A stretch of DNA of 32,000 nucleotides from Wolbachia endosymbiont of Onchocerca ochengi. Its GTDB lineage: Bacteria > Pseudomonadota > Alphaproteobacteria > Rickettsiales > Anaplasmataceae. The notes under the pieces were generated by a model, which had not been told where the DNA came from, ran no database searches, and saw only the letters and a list, made by a program, of their open reading frames with translations. Location: contig NC_018267.1 of NCBI RefSeq assembly GCF_000306885.1, positions 600,001 to 632,000 on the forward strand, in the 5' to 3' direction. Both the position numbers and the translations under genes were made by a program. How positions within the stretch are numbered: position 1 is the stretch's first letter; each line of letters opens with the position of its first letter. Positions 9,687-21,183 of the stretch are shown in pieces.

Positions 9687-9926
9687 TTGTATATTCAAGG
9701 TGAATTAATGGTTATTACAGTTCATGAATTAGAGAAAATCATCAAACAGTCATTTCCAGATTCTGATATAGAAATTAATGACCTTGTTGGAGATAGTGAT
9801 CATTATCATTTAAAAATAATTTCCAAGTATTTTCTCGGGAAGACAAAAGTGGAACAGCATAAAATGGTATATAAGGCTCTAGAAGGCCAGTCTATACATG
9901 CGTTACAACTAGAAACTAGTGCTTAA
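9687..9926 (+). CDS. BolA family protein
   Basis: 79 aa; [54 protein letters not shown] ... IHALQLET is typical of BolA/IbaG. Confidence 0.9.
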   Translation: MYIQGELMVITVHELEKIIKQSFPDSDIEINDLVGDSDHYHLKIISKYFLGKTKVEQHKMVYKALEGQSIHALQLETSA

Positions 9927-9942
9927 TTTTGGGGTGATATTT

Positions 9943-10272
9943 ATGAATGATTTTGAACAAATAAAAAAAGATATAACGGAAAATGATGTAGTATTGTATA
10001 TGAAAGGTACTTCTGATTTTCCTCAATGTGGGTTTTCTGCGCTCGTTGTTTCGATTCTTAAAAAATTAAACGTTAAGTTTAAATATGTTAATGTATTAGA
10101 AAATAATGAAGTACGTCAGTCCATAAAAGAGTTTTCCGACTGGCCAATGATTCCACAATTATATATAAAAGGAGAGTTTATTGGTGGTTGTGACATCACT
10201 CGTGAGATGTATGAAAAAGGTGAGCTGCAAAGCCTGCTAAAAGAAAAGAAAATCATACAGAATAAGGAATAG
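9943..10272 (+). CDS. grxD: Monothiol glutaredoxin (Grx4/GrxD type)
   Basis: [41 protein letters not shown] ... [19 protein letters not shown]. The usual CGFS motif is present. Start placed at the internal ATG 9943 rather than the non-ATG start at 9919 used by the track. Confidence 0.93.
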   Translation: MNDFEQIKKDITENDVVLYMKGTSDFPQCGFSALVVSILKKLNVKFKYVNVLENNEVRQSIKEFSDWPMIPQLYIKGEFIGGCDITREMYEKGELQSLLKEKKIIQNKE

Positions 10273-10391
10273 TCTATCAAACTTACAATTTTTGATGCAG
10301 TAAGATCTAATTCCCTAGTTTAAAGTTTTTATTGTTTACAGGAGGTAAGCTGCTATACTAGATAAGTTAGAGGTAAAGAAAATTTTGAGTT

Positions 10392-11624
10392 ATGCAAGAT
10401 GATATTAAAAAAGATACAACAATGAAGGAAGAAAAAAGCATATTAGGTTGGATAGAATATAGATTACCCATATTCTCTTTTTTAAAACATACTGCTTCTT
10501 ACCAAGTGCCAAAAAATTTAAATTATGCTTGGAATTTTGGTTCTTTAGCTGGTATAGCGCTGATTTTGCAAATAATAACAGGCATATTTCTCGCTATGCA
10601 CTATACTCCACATGTTGATTATGCGTTTAACAGCATAGAGCGCATAATGCGTGATGTAAATTATGGATGGCTAGTACGCTATACTCACGCTATTGGAGCT
10701 TCGCTCTTCTTTATGGTGGTCTATATTCACATAATGCGTGGATTATATTACGGATCTTATAAAAAGCCGCGGGAAATGGTGTGGTTTATTGGTATACTCA
10801 TATTTTTTACAATGATGATGACAGCTTTTATGGGATATGTTCTTCCCTGGGGACAAATGAGTTTTTGGGGTGCAACAGTTATAACTAACTTATTTTCAGC
10901 TATACCTTTAATTGGTGATAAAATAGTCATATGGTTATGTGGTGGTTTTTCTGTTGACAATCCAACGCTTAATCGTTTTTTTGCTCTGCATTATTTTCTG
11001 CCTTTCGTTATTATCGCTTTAGCTACTCTACATATTATTGCTTTGCATAGGTTTGGCTCTGGTAATCCAAGTGGAATAGAAGTGAAATCAAATAAAGATA
11101 CCATTCCACTCTATCCATATTATATAGTTAAAGATTGTATAGCTCTTAGTATATTTTTTATAGTTTTATTTATGTTTGTTTTCTATGCCCCTAATTATCT
11201 TGGACATCCGGATAATTATATAGAGGCTGATTCTATGGTCACTCCAGTACATATAGTACCGGAATGGTATTTTTTACCTTTTTATGCGATGTTACGCTCA
11301 ATTCCAAATAAGCTTATTGGTGTGTTTACCATGCTTGGGTCTATTTTAGTATGGTTCCTATTACCTTGGCTTGATAAAGCAAAAGTTAAAAGTGGTGCTT
11401 ATCGTCCATTATTTAAAGTTTTTTTTTGGGTCTTTACAGTAAATTTTGCATTCCTTGCTTGGCTTGGAGGGCAGGAAGTAAAAGAACCTTACATTACCTT
11501 AAGTAGGCTTTCCACTCTTTACTATTTTTTATACTTTGTAGTAATTTTGCCGCTACTTAGTAAATACGAGAAGCAAAGAGAGCTGCCAAAAGCCATAAGT
11601 GATTCTGTGCTGGAGATGAAATAG
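10392..11624 (+). CDS. petB: Cytochrome b of the bc1 complex
   Basis: 410 aa; [72 protein letters not shown]. Confidence 0.97.
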   Translation: MQDDIKKDTTMKEEKSILGWIEYRLPIFSFLKHTASYQVPKNLNYAWNFGSLAGIALILQIITGIFLAMHYTPHVDYAFNSIERIMRDVNYGWLVRYTHAIGASLFFMVVYIHIMRGLYYGSYKKPREMVWFIGILIFFTMMMTAFMGYVLPWGQMSFWGATVITNLFSAIPLIGDKIVIWLCGGFSVDNPTLNRFFALHYFLPFVIIALATLHIIALHRFGSGNPSGIEVKSNKDTIPLYPYYIVKDCIALSIFFIVLFMFVFYAPNYLGHPDNYIEADSMVTPVHIVPEWYFLPFYAMLRSIPNKLIGVFTMLGSILVWFLLPWLDKAKVKSGAYRPLFKVFFWVFTVNFAFLAWLGGQEVKEPYITLSRLSTLYYFLYFVVILPLLSKYEKQRELPKAISDSVLEMK

Positions 11625-12388
11625 TGCTAGTAAAAAATATATTTGCTGTGTTTTGTTTATTGTTTCTTGTTAATTTTGTGTATGCAGAAGAATTCAAGCC
11701 ATTACCCAATAAAAAAATAAACTGGAGTTTCAATGGAATTACTGGATCTTTTGATAGAAAGTCAATTCAGCGTGGCTATAAAGTATATAAGGAAGTTTGT
11801 GCTGCTTGTCATTCAATGAATAGGGTGGCGTTCCGTAATTTACAAGATGTTGGTTTTTCTGAAGAAGATGTGAAACAGATTGCAGCCTCTTATCAAGTTA
11901 AAGATGGTCCAAATGATCTAGGCGAAATGTTCTATAGACCTGGGATATCTTCAGATTATTTTATTGCACCTTTTAGTACAAAGGAAGCAGCTGCAGTAAG
12001 CAACAATGGTGCAGTTCCGCCAGACTTATCGTTAATTGTTAAAGCAAGGCACGACGGTGCGAATTATGTTTATTCACTTTTGACCGGCTATCAAAATGGT
12101 GAACACGATGGGAATGATTTATATTTTAATCCGTACTTTCCAACAGGTAAGTTAGCTATGGCACCACCTCTCTCTGAAGGGATGGTGGAATATGATGATG
12201 CAAGACACGCAACAGTTGAAAATATGGCGTATGATGTAGTAAATTTTTTGCAATGGACAGCAGAGCCAGAATTAGAGCGTAGGCACAAGCTTGGATTTAA
12301 AGTAGTAGCGTATTTCATAATTTTGACGGTATTTTTTGTATTAACTAACAATAAGGTTTGGAGTGAACTTTACAAAAATAAAAAATAG
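11624..12388 (+). CDS. petC: Cytochrome c1 of the bc1 complex
   Basis: Overlaps the petB stop by 1 nt (TAGTG); VCAACHSMNRVAFRNL (CxxCH haem motif) and LAMAPPL; C-terminal membrane anchor. Confidence 0.95.
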   Translation: MLVKNIFAVFCLLFLVNFVYAEEFKPLPNKKINWSFNGITGSFDRKSIQRGYKVYKEVCAACHSMNRVAFRNLQDVGFSEEDVKQIAASYQVKDGPNDLGEMFYRPGISSDYFIAPFSTKEAAAVSNNGAVPPDLSLIVKARHDGANYVYSLLTGYQNGEHDGNDLYFNPYFPTGKLAMAPPLSEGMVEYDDARHATVENMAYDVVNFLQWTAEPELERRHKLGFKVVAYFIILTVFFVLTNNKVWSELYKNKK

Positions 12389-12468
12389 GCTTTTTGGGCA
12401 TTTATTCTTATATCTTTTTTACCATAGCGGATATATTAATAATAAAGTGTTATAAGAGCATAGGAGTT

Positions 12469-14406
12469 ATGGAGTTTCAAATTGTTACACACTTTAAACC
12501 AGCTGGAGATCAGCCGCAAGCAATTGATAGTTTAGTTACAGGGCTAAACAATAATAAAAAGGATCAGATTTTGCTTGGAGTTACTGGCTCCGGAAAAACT
12601 TTCACTATGGCAAATGTTATTGCAAGAACAAACAGGCCTGCATTAATTATGGCACATAACAAAACTTTAGCGGCACAGCTCTATGAGGAAATGAAAGGAT
12701 TTTTCCCTTATAATTCTGTTGGATATTTTATTTCTTACTATGATTATTATCAGCCTGAAGCTTATTCACCTCAGACTGACACTTATATTGAAAAGGACTC
12801 CACAATCAACGAAAAAATTGATATGCTACGTTATTCTGCTATTTGCTCTCTTTTAGAGCGCAAGGACACGATTACAGTTGCCAGTGTTTCCTGTATATAT
12901 GGTCTTGGTTCGCCTAAAAGCTATATTAATATGACTATATCATTAAGTGTTGGAGATAAAATTTGTGTTGATGATTTTCTGAGTAATTTAGCTGATCTTC
13001 AATATAAGCGTTCCGATATTAGATTTGAACGAGGATATTTCAGAGTACGTGGAGATATTATTGATATTTTCCCTGCTTGTCATAAAGATAAAGCTTGGCG
13101 TTTATCGTTGTTTGGCAATAAAATAGAAAAAATCTCTCAAATTGACGCTATGACTGGCAATGTTATTGAACATATAAATAAAATCACTGTTTTTCCAAAT
13201 AGCTATCACATTACATCACGTAAGACTCTATTACAGTCAATTCAGCTGATTAAAAAAGAACTGCATGAACGCTTGGATTATTACTACTCACAAAATAAGT
13301 TTGTTGAAGCAAAACGTCTTGAGCAGCGTACTAATTTTGATATCGAAATGATGGTTACAACTGGAACTTGTAAAGGTATTGAAAACTATTCACGTTATCT
13401 CTATGAGATGGAAGCTGGATACCCGCCACCTACTTTATTTGAGTATTTGCCTGAAGGTGTAATTTTATTTGTTGATGAAAGTCATGTTACCATTCCTCAG
13501 ATTGGTGCAATGTATAGTGGTAATGAGGCACGTAAAAAAAAATTGGTTGATTACGGCTTTAGACTTCCTTCCGCTTTTGATAACCGTCCGTTGACGTTTG
13601 AAGAGTGGGAAGCGGTACGACCGCAGACTATTTACATTTCAGCTACCCCTGGAAAATATGAGTTAGGAAAGACCAATAATGTATTTATAGAGCAAGTTAT
13701 TCGTCCAACAGGGCTTACAGACCCAGTCTGTATTATAAAATCGACAGAAAATCAAGTTGATGATGTAATCCATGAAGCACAACTGACAATAAATAATGGA
13801 TTTTGTGTTCTAATTACCACATTAACAAAAAAAATGGCTGAAAAGCTAGCTGATCATATGAGTGAGATGAATATAAAGGTGAGTTATTTACACTCAGATA
13901 TTGGTGCGTTAGAGAGAGTTGACATTATATGTAAATTAAGATCAAAAGAAATCGATGTGTTAGTTGGTGTTAACTTACTGCGTGAAGGTCTTGATATTCC
14001 GGAGTGTGGCTTAGTTGCAATTTTGGATGCTGATAAAGAAGGATTTTTGCGATCGGAAACTTCTTTTATTCAAACGATAGGGCGTGCTGCACGTAATGCT
14101 GAAGGTAAGGCAATTTTGTACGCAGATAAAATAACTGGTTCTTTGGACCGTGCGTTGAAGGAAACTGAAAGAAGAAGAAAGAAACAACAAGAATATAATG
14201 CGTTGCATAATATTACACCAAAAACTATAATAAAGAATATATCTAATACCCTACAAAATAAAGTAGTAGCTGAGGAAGGTATTAATTATATTAATAACGT
14301 TGATCTAAAAAACTTAAAGAAGCAGATGTTAAAGCATGCTGAGAATCTAGAGTTTGAAGAGGCAGCAAAAATAAGAAATATTATCAAAAGGTTTAATAAT
14401 AAATAA
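12469..14406 (+). CDS. uvrB: UvrABC system protein B
   Basis: GVTGSGKTFTMANVIA, YYDYYQPEAYSPQTDTYIEKD, LREGLDIPECGLVAILDADKEGFLRS, C-terminal UVR motif. Start moved from 12394 to ATG 12469 (MEFQIVTHFKPAGDQPQAI). Confidence 0.96.
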   Translation: MEFQIVTHFKPAGDQPQAIDSLVTGLNNNKKDQILLGVTGSGKTFTMANVIARTNRPALIMAHNKTLAAQLYEEMKGFFPYNSVGYFISYYDYYQPEAYSPQTDTYIEKDSTINEKIDMLRYSAICSLLERKDTITVASVSCIYGLGSPKSYINMTISLSVGDKICVDDFLSNLADLQYKRSDIRFERGYFRVRGDIIDIFPACHKDKAWRLSLFGNKIEKISQIDAMTGNVIEHINKITVFPNSYHITSRKTLLQSIQLIKKELHERLDYYYSQNKFVEAKRLEQRTNFDIEMMVTTGTCKGIENYSRYLYEMEAGYPPPTLFEYLPEGVILFVDESHVTIPQIGAMYSGNEARKKKLVDYGFRLPSAFDNRPLTFEEWEAVRPQTIYISATPGKYELGKTNNVFIEQVIRPTGLTDPVCIIKSTENQVDDVIHEAQLTINNGFCVLITTLTKKMAEKLADHMSEMNIKVSYLHSDIGALERVDIICKLRSKEIDVLVGVNLLREGLDIPECGLVAILDADKEGFLRSETSFIQTIGRAARNAEGKAILYADKITGSLDRALKETERRRKKQQEYNALHNITPKTIIKNISNTLQNKVVAEEGINYINNVDLKNLKKQMLKHAENLEFEEAAKIRNIIKRFNNK

Positions 14407-14465
14407 TTTATGATATAAAAGGAAAAGCTAGGTTATATGTACTTAGTTTTGTAAGTTTTTTAAAT

Positions 14466-15209
14466 TTATTCTCCGTTCTTTAACCACCTAATTCCCATGA
14501 AGAGAGGAGAGTAAAGGTCCTCTTGCATTGATATCTTAACGCTTTTTTCCTCTTCTATAGTTGGTAGACGGGTAAGAAAGCGAATTTTTGGTGCATTTCT
14601 AATTATTGCTAGTGGTGTTTGTTCTGCACCTTCTCCCATAACTAAAACAGCAGATGTTGCCAACGCGTCAAGAAGATTGACTTGTGTTACCTGGAGTGGA
14701 TTATTATAAAGGTCTGGTTTGCCTATATAAGAATAATGTGGTTCAAACCCGCACCAACCAAGAGCAATCCCTGTAACCCCAAGGCGCATAGGTGTTATAT
14801 TACTATCTGTAATTAAAATACCAAGATGTTCTATGCAGTGTTTTCTTCTAAGGTAGCTCCACACTGATGCAGCTGTTTTCTGAACATCTTTTGGATATAA
14901 AGTATACATTCTATCACCATTTGATTCATCGATACCGGCAGATGGAATTAAGATATCATCTTTAATTGTTAAGTGAATTCCACAAGGATTGTAACGTGTA
15001 TCAGCAATCGCACTAGCTTCCTTTCTAATTAGCTCTTCTTTAGAATAAGCGTTTTTGCGAATTATTCGTTTTTGGCAAACGGAAATGATTTTTGATGTAA
15101 TAGCAAGCACAACCTTTTCTCTTAACAATTTTGGAATATAGTAATCAAGGATTTTTTCTAATGCCTCACCGCATTGAATACGGTGGGTGTAAATTGCTTC
15201 AACATGCAT
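14466..15209 (-). CDS. COG1478 / CofE-like gamma-glutamyl ligase family protein, likely the alternative dihydrofolate synthase (FolC2-type)
   Basis: LREKVVLAITSKIISVCQKRII, GIHLTIKDDILIPSAGIDESNG, GILITDSNITPMRLGVTGIALGWCGFEP, LATSAVLVMGEGAEQTPLAIIRNAP match the F420-0:gamma-glutamyl ligase family; located at the 3' end of the folate cluster. Confidence 0.85.
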   Translation of the reverse strand: MHVEAIYTHRIQCGEALEKILDYYIPKLLREKVVLAITSKIISVCQKRIIRKNAYSKEELIRKEASAIADTRYNPCGIHLTIKDDILIPSAGIDESNGDRMYTLYPKDVQKTAASVWSYLRRKHCIEHLGILITDSNITPMRLGVTGIALGWCGFEPHYSYIGKPDLYNNPLQVTQVNLLDALATSAVLVMGEGAEQTPLAIIRNAPKIRFLTRLPTIEEEKSVKISMQEDLYSPLFMGIRWLKNGE

Positions 15210-15211
15210 AT

Positions 15212-15691
15212 CTAATTTGTTATTCTATATATAGAATAATCTTGCGTTTTTGTGAGGATAGTTTTATTCCATCTATCAAGGAGTATTAAGTTGAAATATA
15301 CATCACCTTTATAAGACCCATGAATTTCTGTTATGATAAACTCTGAGATTAGATTATGTTTTAAGAAAAGATGTGCTATCTGTGCTCCACCGATCATGTA
15401 GATTTTAGAATTATTCTGAGTTGATAGAAATTCTCGCATAGAAGAGACAACTGTACATTTTATATCTCTATTAAAACACGAATTTAACTTATTACGAGAA
15501 AAAATAATGGGAGTGCGACCTTGTAATATGCTTTTAGGTATTGTTTCAAATGTTTTTCTTCCCATAACAATGACTTGTTTGTTGGTTACCTGATGGAAAT
15601 GCTTTAACTCACTTGGATAATACCAAGGCAACTTGTTATTTACCCCGATCACTCCATTTGGATCAACAGCCATAATTCCGATAATCATCAT
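15212..15691 (-). CDS. folA: Dihydrofolate reductase
   Basis: IIGIMAVDPNGVIGVNNKLPWYYPSELKHFHQVTNKQVIVMGRKTFETIP ... IYMIGGAQI. Confidence 0.94.
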   Translation of the reverse strand: MMIIGIMAVDPNGVIGVNNKLPWYYPSELKHFHQVTNKQVIVMGRKTFETIPKSILQGRTPIIFSRNKLNSCFNRDIKCTVVSSMREFLSTQNNSKIYMIGGAQIAHLFLKHNLISEFIITEIHGSYKGDVYFNLILLDRWNKTILTKTQDYSIYRITN

Positions 15692-16986
15692 TTTTGTAAG
15701 GCAGCTTGAGCTACAAAGAACTGCATGTGATCGCGTACATTATGTACGCGAAGGAAATCAACTTTGTTGTATAATGCAGATGATATAGAAATTGTTTCTA
15801 AATCTCGATTAAAGACAGGCTCTGTGGAAAAAGAAGAAATGAATGATTTTCTGGAATGACCTACTAGGACTTTGCAGCCAAAACTTTGCAATGTTTCTAT
15901 ATTCCGTAACAGCCAGATATTTTGATATAGAGATTTTCCAAAGCCAATACCAGGATCAATGATTATCGAATTTTCATTAAAACCAAAGGTAAGTAACTTG
16001 TTAATGTTCTTTTCTGCCCAACGATTTATGGTGTTGATGGGGTCAGTATCACTTGGAATAATATTATCCTTGTGTGATGGTATAGAGAGTGAATGCATGA
16101 TAACTATACTACATCCGCTACTTGCAATTGTTTTTAAGGTATTATCATCTAGATTTCCTTTCACATCATTTATCCAAGTAACTCTATAGTGTTCTAAAAC
16201 ATTTAAAATAACATCCGGCCAGAAACTATCAATGCTAACTTTAATATCATTAGCTTTCATATAGTGACTGAGATTATCAAGTACCGGCTTTAAGCGTGCA
16301 TATTCTACTTTCGAAGGCTGTATAGAAGATCCAGGCCTTGTTGATTGAGCACCAAGATCAACTATGCTTGCACCATCTGATATCAATTTTAGTGCCTGTT
16401 TAGTTGCTTGATCAGAATCATAATAAAGGCCACCATCTGAAAATGAATCGGGAGTAATGTTAACAATTCCTACAAATTTTGGTGAAAGCGTAAAGCTTTT
16501 TAAAAAGCAATCCTTGGTATTAAGGTTGTTGTAAGCAATAGTATCAAACGTTTTGCTAACTACTGGAATATTATCCATAGGACTCAGCATTGCCATTAAG
16601 TGAAGCAAAAATGGCCTATTCATCAATTCTGGATGAGGAATTGTAAGATACGGTGTATTGAGTATTAGGTTATCCCATAACAAAATATCTAAATCAATAA
16701 CGCGAGGTGCCCATTTTTCGTGGACCTGTGTACGACCAATGTCATATTCGATTTGCTTGAGTCCTTTTAGTAGCTCTTCAGGAGAAACAAGACAACTTCC
16801 ATATACAACCATATTGAGAAATGGCTTGTTCCACTCATCTGGAGCACCATTTGGTAAAATGGCCTTGGTTTCTAAAATAATTGAAGATTTTAAATCTTTT
16901 AAATAGCGCTTTTTTAGTAGCTGAGTAGCCTTTTGTAAATTAGAGAGGCGATTCCTTAAATTTGAGCCAATAGATATATAAATCAT
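15688..16986 (-). CDS. folKP: Bifunctional HPPK (FolK) / dihydropteroate synthase (FolP)
   Basis: N-terminal ISIGSNLRNRL ... VHEKWAPRVIDLDILLWD ... TIPHPELMNRPFLL (HPPK), C-terminal FVGIVNITPDSFSDGG ... IVDLGAQSTRPGS (DHPS). The track start at 17019 extends 11 codons upstream; start MIYISIGSN at 16986 overlaps the folB stop by 1 nt. Confidence 0.94.
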   Translation of the reverse strand: MIYISIGSNLRNRLSNLQKATQLLKKRYLKDLKSSIILETKAILPNGAPDEWNKPFLNMVVYGSCLVSPEELLKGLKQIEYDIGRTQVHEKWAPRVIDLDILLWDNLILNTPYLTIPHPELMNRPFLLHLMAMLSPMDNIPVVSKTFDTIAYNNLNTKDCFLKSFTLSPKFVGIVNITPDSFSDGGLYYDSDQATKQALKLISDGASIVDLGAQSTRPGSSIQPSKVEYARLKPVLDNLSHYMKANDIKVSIDSFWPDVILNVLEHYRVTWINDVKGNLDDNTLKTIASSGCSIVIMHSLSIPSHKDNIIPSDTDPINTINRWAEKNINKLLTFGFNENSIIIDPGIGFGKSLYQNIWLLRNIETLQSFGCKVLVGHSRKSFISSFSTEPVFNRDLETISISSALYNKVDFLRVHNVRDHMQFFVAQAALQK

Positions 16987-17390
16987 CAGTTGTTCTCCTG
17001 TTTTTGCAACGCATTGCAATAAGTGAAGACAACACCTCCGTGTACATCGGGAATAGGTGGTACAACTTTGTGAGTAATTACTTTTATAGAAGAAATAATA
17101 TGCTTTTTCTGCATTAAGAGGTTACTAATAGTTATGTATACATCATGGGTAAAATGCTCGATTAAATTGAATTGCTTGCTTTGAGCAAGAGATTTAATGT
17201 TCTGTACTACTTCTAGATAGCAGATAGTATCTTCAAGTCGGTCAGTGATAAGTCCTAAAGGAGGAGATTTAAAGATAAAATCAACACTAATGCTTACTAG
17301 TTGGAGATTAAACTTTTCTTCCATACTATGTCCTAAATGAATCCAAAGGCGTAGATCCTGGACAAAAAGGTTACATAAAGGTTGTTTCAT
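16986..17390 (-). CDS. folB: Dihydroneopterin aldolase (FolB-like)
   Basis: 134 aa; LFVQDLRLWIHLGHSMEEKFNLQLVSISVDFIFKS ... LEDTICYLEVVQNIKSLAQSKQFNLIEHFTHDVYITI; first complete gene of the fol cluster. Confidence 0.85.
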   Translation of the reverse strand: MKQPLCNLFVQDLRLWIHLGHSMEEKFNLQLVSISVDFIFKSPPLGLITDRLEDTICYLEVVQNIKSLAQSKQFNLIEHFTHDVYITISNLLMQKKHIISSIKVITHKVVPPIPDVHGGVVFTYCNALQKQENN

Positions 17391-17415
17391 ACTTTATCTC
17401 CATCTTTATATTTTG

Positions 17416-17895
17416 CTATTCTCTCCTACATTCTCTTAAAGACCACCAAAAATAATATAGAAGTTTTATTCCCTTTTTAGTGCCTTGTACAACTTTTTCT
17501 TGTTTTTCTTTGTTTAAATCTACGATAAAGTTTGCATATTTATCAGTATGCCATTCATCAGTGGCTGTATGAATAGTGAAAATCTGTCGACTTCCATAAA
17601 GATCAGGCCATGTAACACCAAACCTTTCAGCAAAACATTGACGTAACTCTAGATGATTTTCATCATCTTGCTTTTCTTCCATTAAACTGTTAAACAAAAT
17701 CTGTTGCATTTTTAGATTCTGACACAAGGAATGTACATTGCTAATGTAACAAAGAAATGCAGCAACATAATATAATGTAAACTTGTAGGATTCACAACTC
17801 AATTTCCCTTTCCTTTCATGATTGGTAAAACTGGTCCTTCAGTAAATACAAACTATTTTTAACTCTCTATCAAGTAATTGAATAAACGTTACCAT
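17416..17895 (-). pseudogene. Remnant of a CADD/PqqC-like (TenA superfamily) di-iron protein gene: in-frame stop near the N-terminus plus apparent internal deletion
   Basis: Continuous reverse-strand frame from ATG at 17895: MVTFIQLLDRELKIVCIY*RTSFTNHERKGKLSCESYKFTLYYVAAFLCYISNVHSLCQNLKMQQILFNSLMEEKQDDENHLELRQCFAERFGVTWPDLYGSRQIFTIHTATDEWHTDKYANFIVDLNKEKQEKVVQGTKKGIKLLYYFWWSLRECRRE. The N-terminal part and the C-terminal helix resemble the ends of chlamydial CADD (recalled from memory), but the central region is missing. Confidence 0.72.
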
Positions 17896-17995
17896 AACTC
17901 TTTGAATTAAACAAAGCTATTCTAGTTTATTCATAAGCTTATTAATGTCAAGAGATATAAGCACCTATAAACTACCTAAAAGATATAGATAGTTG

Positions 17996-20068
<2,073 letters not shown>

Positions 20069-20266
20069 TTAAAACTAGTGCACAAAAATGTGTTATATTA
20101 GGTTTTTGTCAGCTGTAAATTTTCACGTGTTTAATATATGGTAAAAATAAAATGCTAGAGAATCAAGAAAAACCGCAAATACTAAAAGTAGATAAGAAAA
20201 ATAGATTTATTTGCAACTAATGATCAGAATTACTTATTATAACTTTAGAGCTATATAAAATTTTGT

Positions 20267-21016
20267 ATGATTATATTAATAACGAATGATGATGGTTTTG
20301 AAAGTGAAGGAATAAAATTACTCAAAGAGGTTGCACGAGATCTTGCTTCAGAAATATGGGTAGTGGCACCAGATACTAACAGGAGTGGAGCAGCAAGGTC
20401 TCTTGATTATCCAATAAGGCAGTCTATTAGAGTAAATCGACATGGCGAAAAGGAGTTCAGTATATCTGGTACCCCTGCGGATTGTGTTATCATTGCACTG
20501 AATAAGATTATGGATAAAAAACCAGATTTAGTACTGTCTGGAGTAAATATTGGATCAAACGTTGGAGATGATGTCTGTTATTCAGGAACAATTGGTGCTG
20601 TAATGGAAAGCGCTGCAAGATCTATACCTTCTATTGCATTAAGTCAAGTATATTATCATAATGGGATAGATTGGTATAATACAAAGGTTTTTGCACCAAA
20701 AGTTACTGCTAGATTAGTCGAAATTGGCTGGCCTAAAAATATAGCAATGAGTGTAAATTTTCCTGCTACAGAAAAAGTGAAAGGAGTAGAATTTGCCGAA
20801 CAAGGCGAATATAATATTGATGGAGATTTGACTTTTACTGAAAATTCAGATGGTTCTTTAAGTTTAGATTGGTCTCGAGAGTATTCAGGTAGTGGTAGTG
20901 TAGGTAAAATCAAAGAAGGATTTATTACTATTACGCCAATAAAACTAGATTTTACAGATTACGATACATTGAATATTATGAAAAATTCTTATGCGAATAA
21001 ATTTTTCCTTAGTTAA
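20267..21016 (+). CDS. surE: 5'/3'-nucleotidase SurE
   Basis: MIILITNDDGFESEGIKLL, VVAPDTNRSGAARSLDYP, VLSGVNIGSNVGDDVCYSGTIGAVMES. Confidence 0.96.
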   Translation: MIILITNDDGFESEGIKLLKEVARDLASEIWVVAPDTNRSGAARSLDYPIRQSIRVNRHGEKEFSISGTPADCVIIALNKIMDKKPDLVLSGVNIGSNVGDDVCYSGTIGAVMESAARSIPSIALSQVYYHNGIDWYNTKVFAPKVTARLVEIGWPKNIAMSVNFPATEKVKGVEFAEQGEYNIDGDLTFTENSDGSLSLDWSREYSGSGSVGKIKEGFITITPIKLDFTDYDTLNIMKNSYANKFFLS

Positions 21017-21085
21017 TTAAAAAACATTTGCAAATCTTTTGTTAGCCAAATAGTATGTACCTACTAGGTGTAATAGCTTCCTACT

Positions 21086-21105
21086 TCGCACCTTTTTAGG
21101 TGCGA
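21086..21105. repeat. Perfect 8-bp stem-loop (TCGCACCT-TTTT-AGGTGCGA)
   Basis: Read directly: tcgcacct tttt aggtgcga, about 70 nt downstream of the surE stop. No T-run follows the stem, so terminator status is uncertain. Confidence 0.6.
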
Positions 21106-21162
21106 GTGAAGAGTTATAGGTTGTATCATTTAAGTAACCGTTCGTTGGGCTTCAGTTATAAA

Positions 21163-21183
21163 GAGCAGGATTAAAAACTGCTC
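21163..21183. repeat. 6-bp stem-loop (GAGCAG ... CTGCTC)
   Basis: gagcag gattaaaaa ctgctc read directly. Confidence 0.4.

Noticed and set aside
12394-12468. 25-residue N-terminal extension of UvrB in the track
   Set aside because: Conserved UvrB sequence begins at MEFQIVTHF (12469); the extension is hydrophobic and unrelated, most likely open reading frame read-through upstream of the true start.
14466-15209. Interpreting the COG1478 gene as real coenzyme F420 biosynthesis
   Set aside because: No other F420 genes are present and it sits in a folate cluster; a folate-related glutamyl ligase role is more economical.
16987-17019. 11-residue N-terminal extension of FolKP in the track
   Set aside because: HPPK homology begins at MIYISIGSN (16986), which gives a 1-nt stop/start overlap with folB typical of translational coupling.
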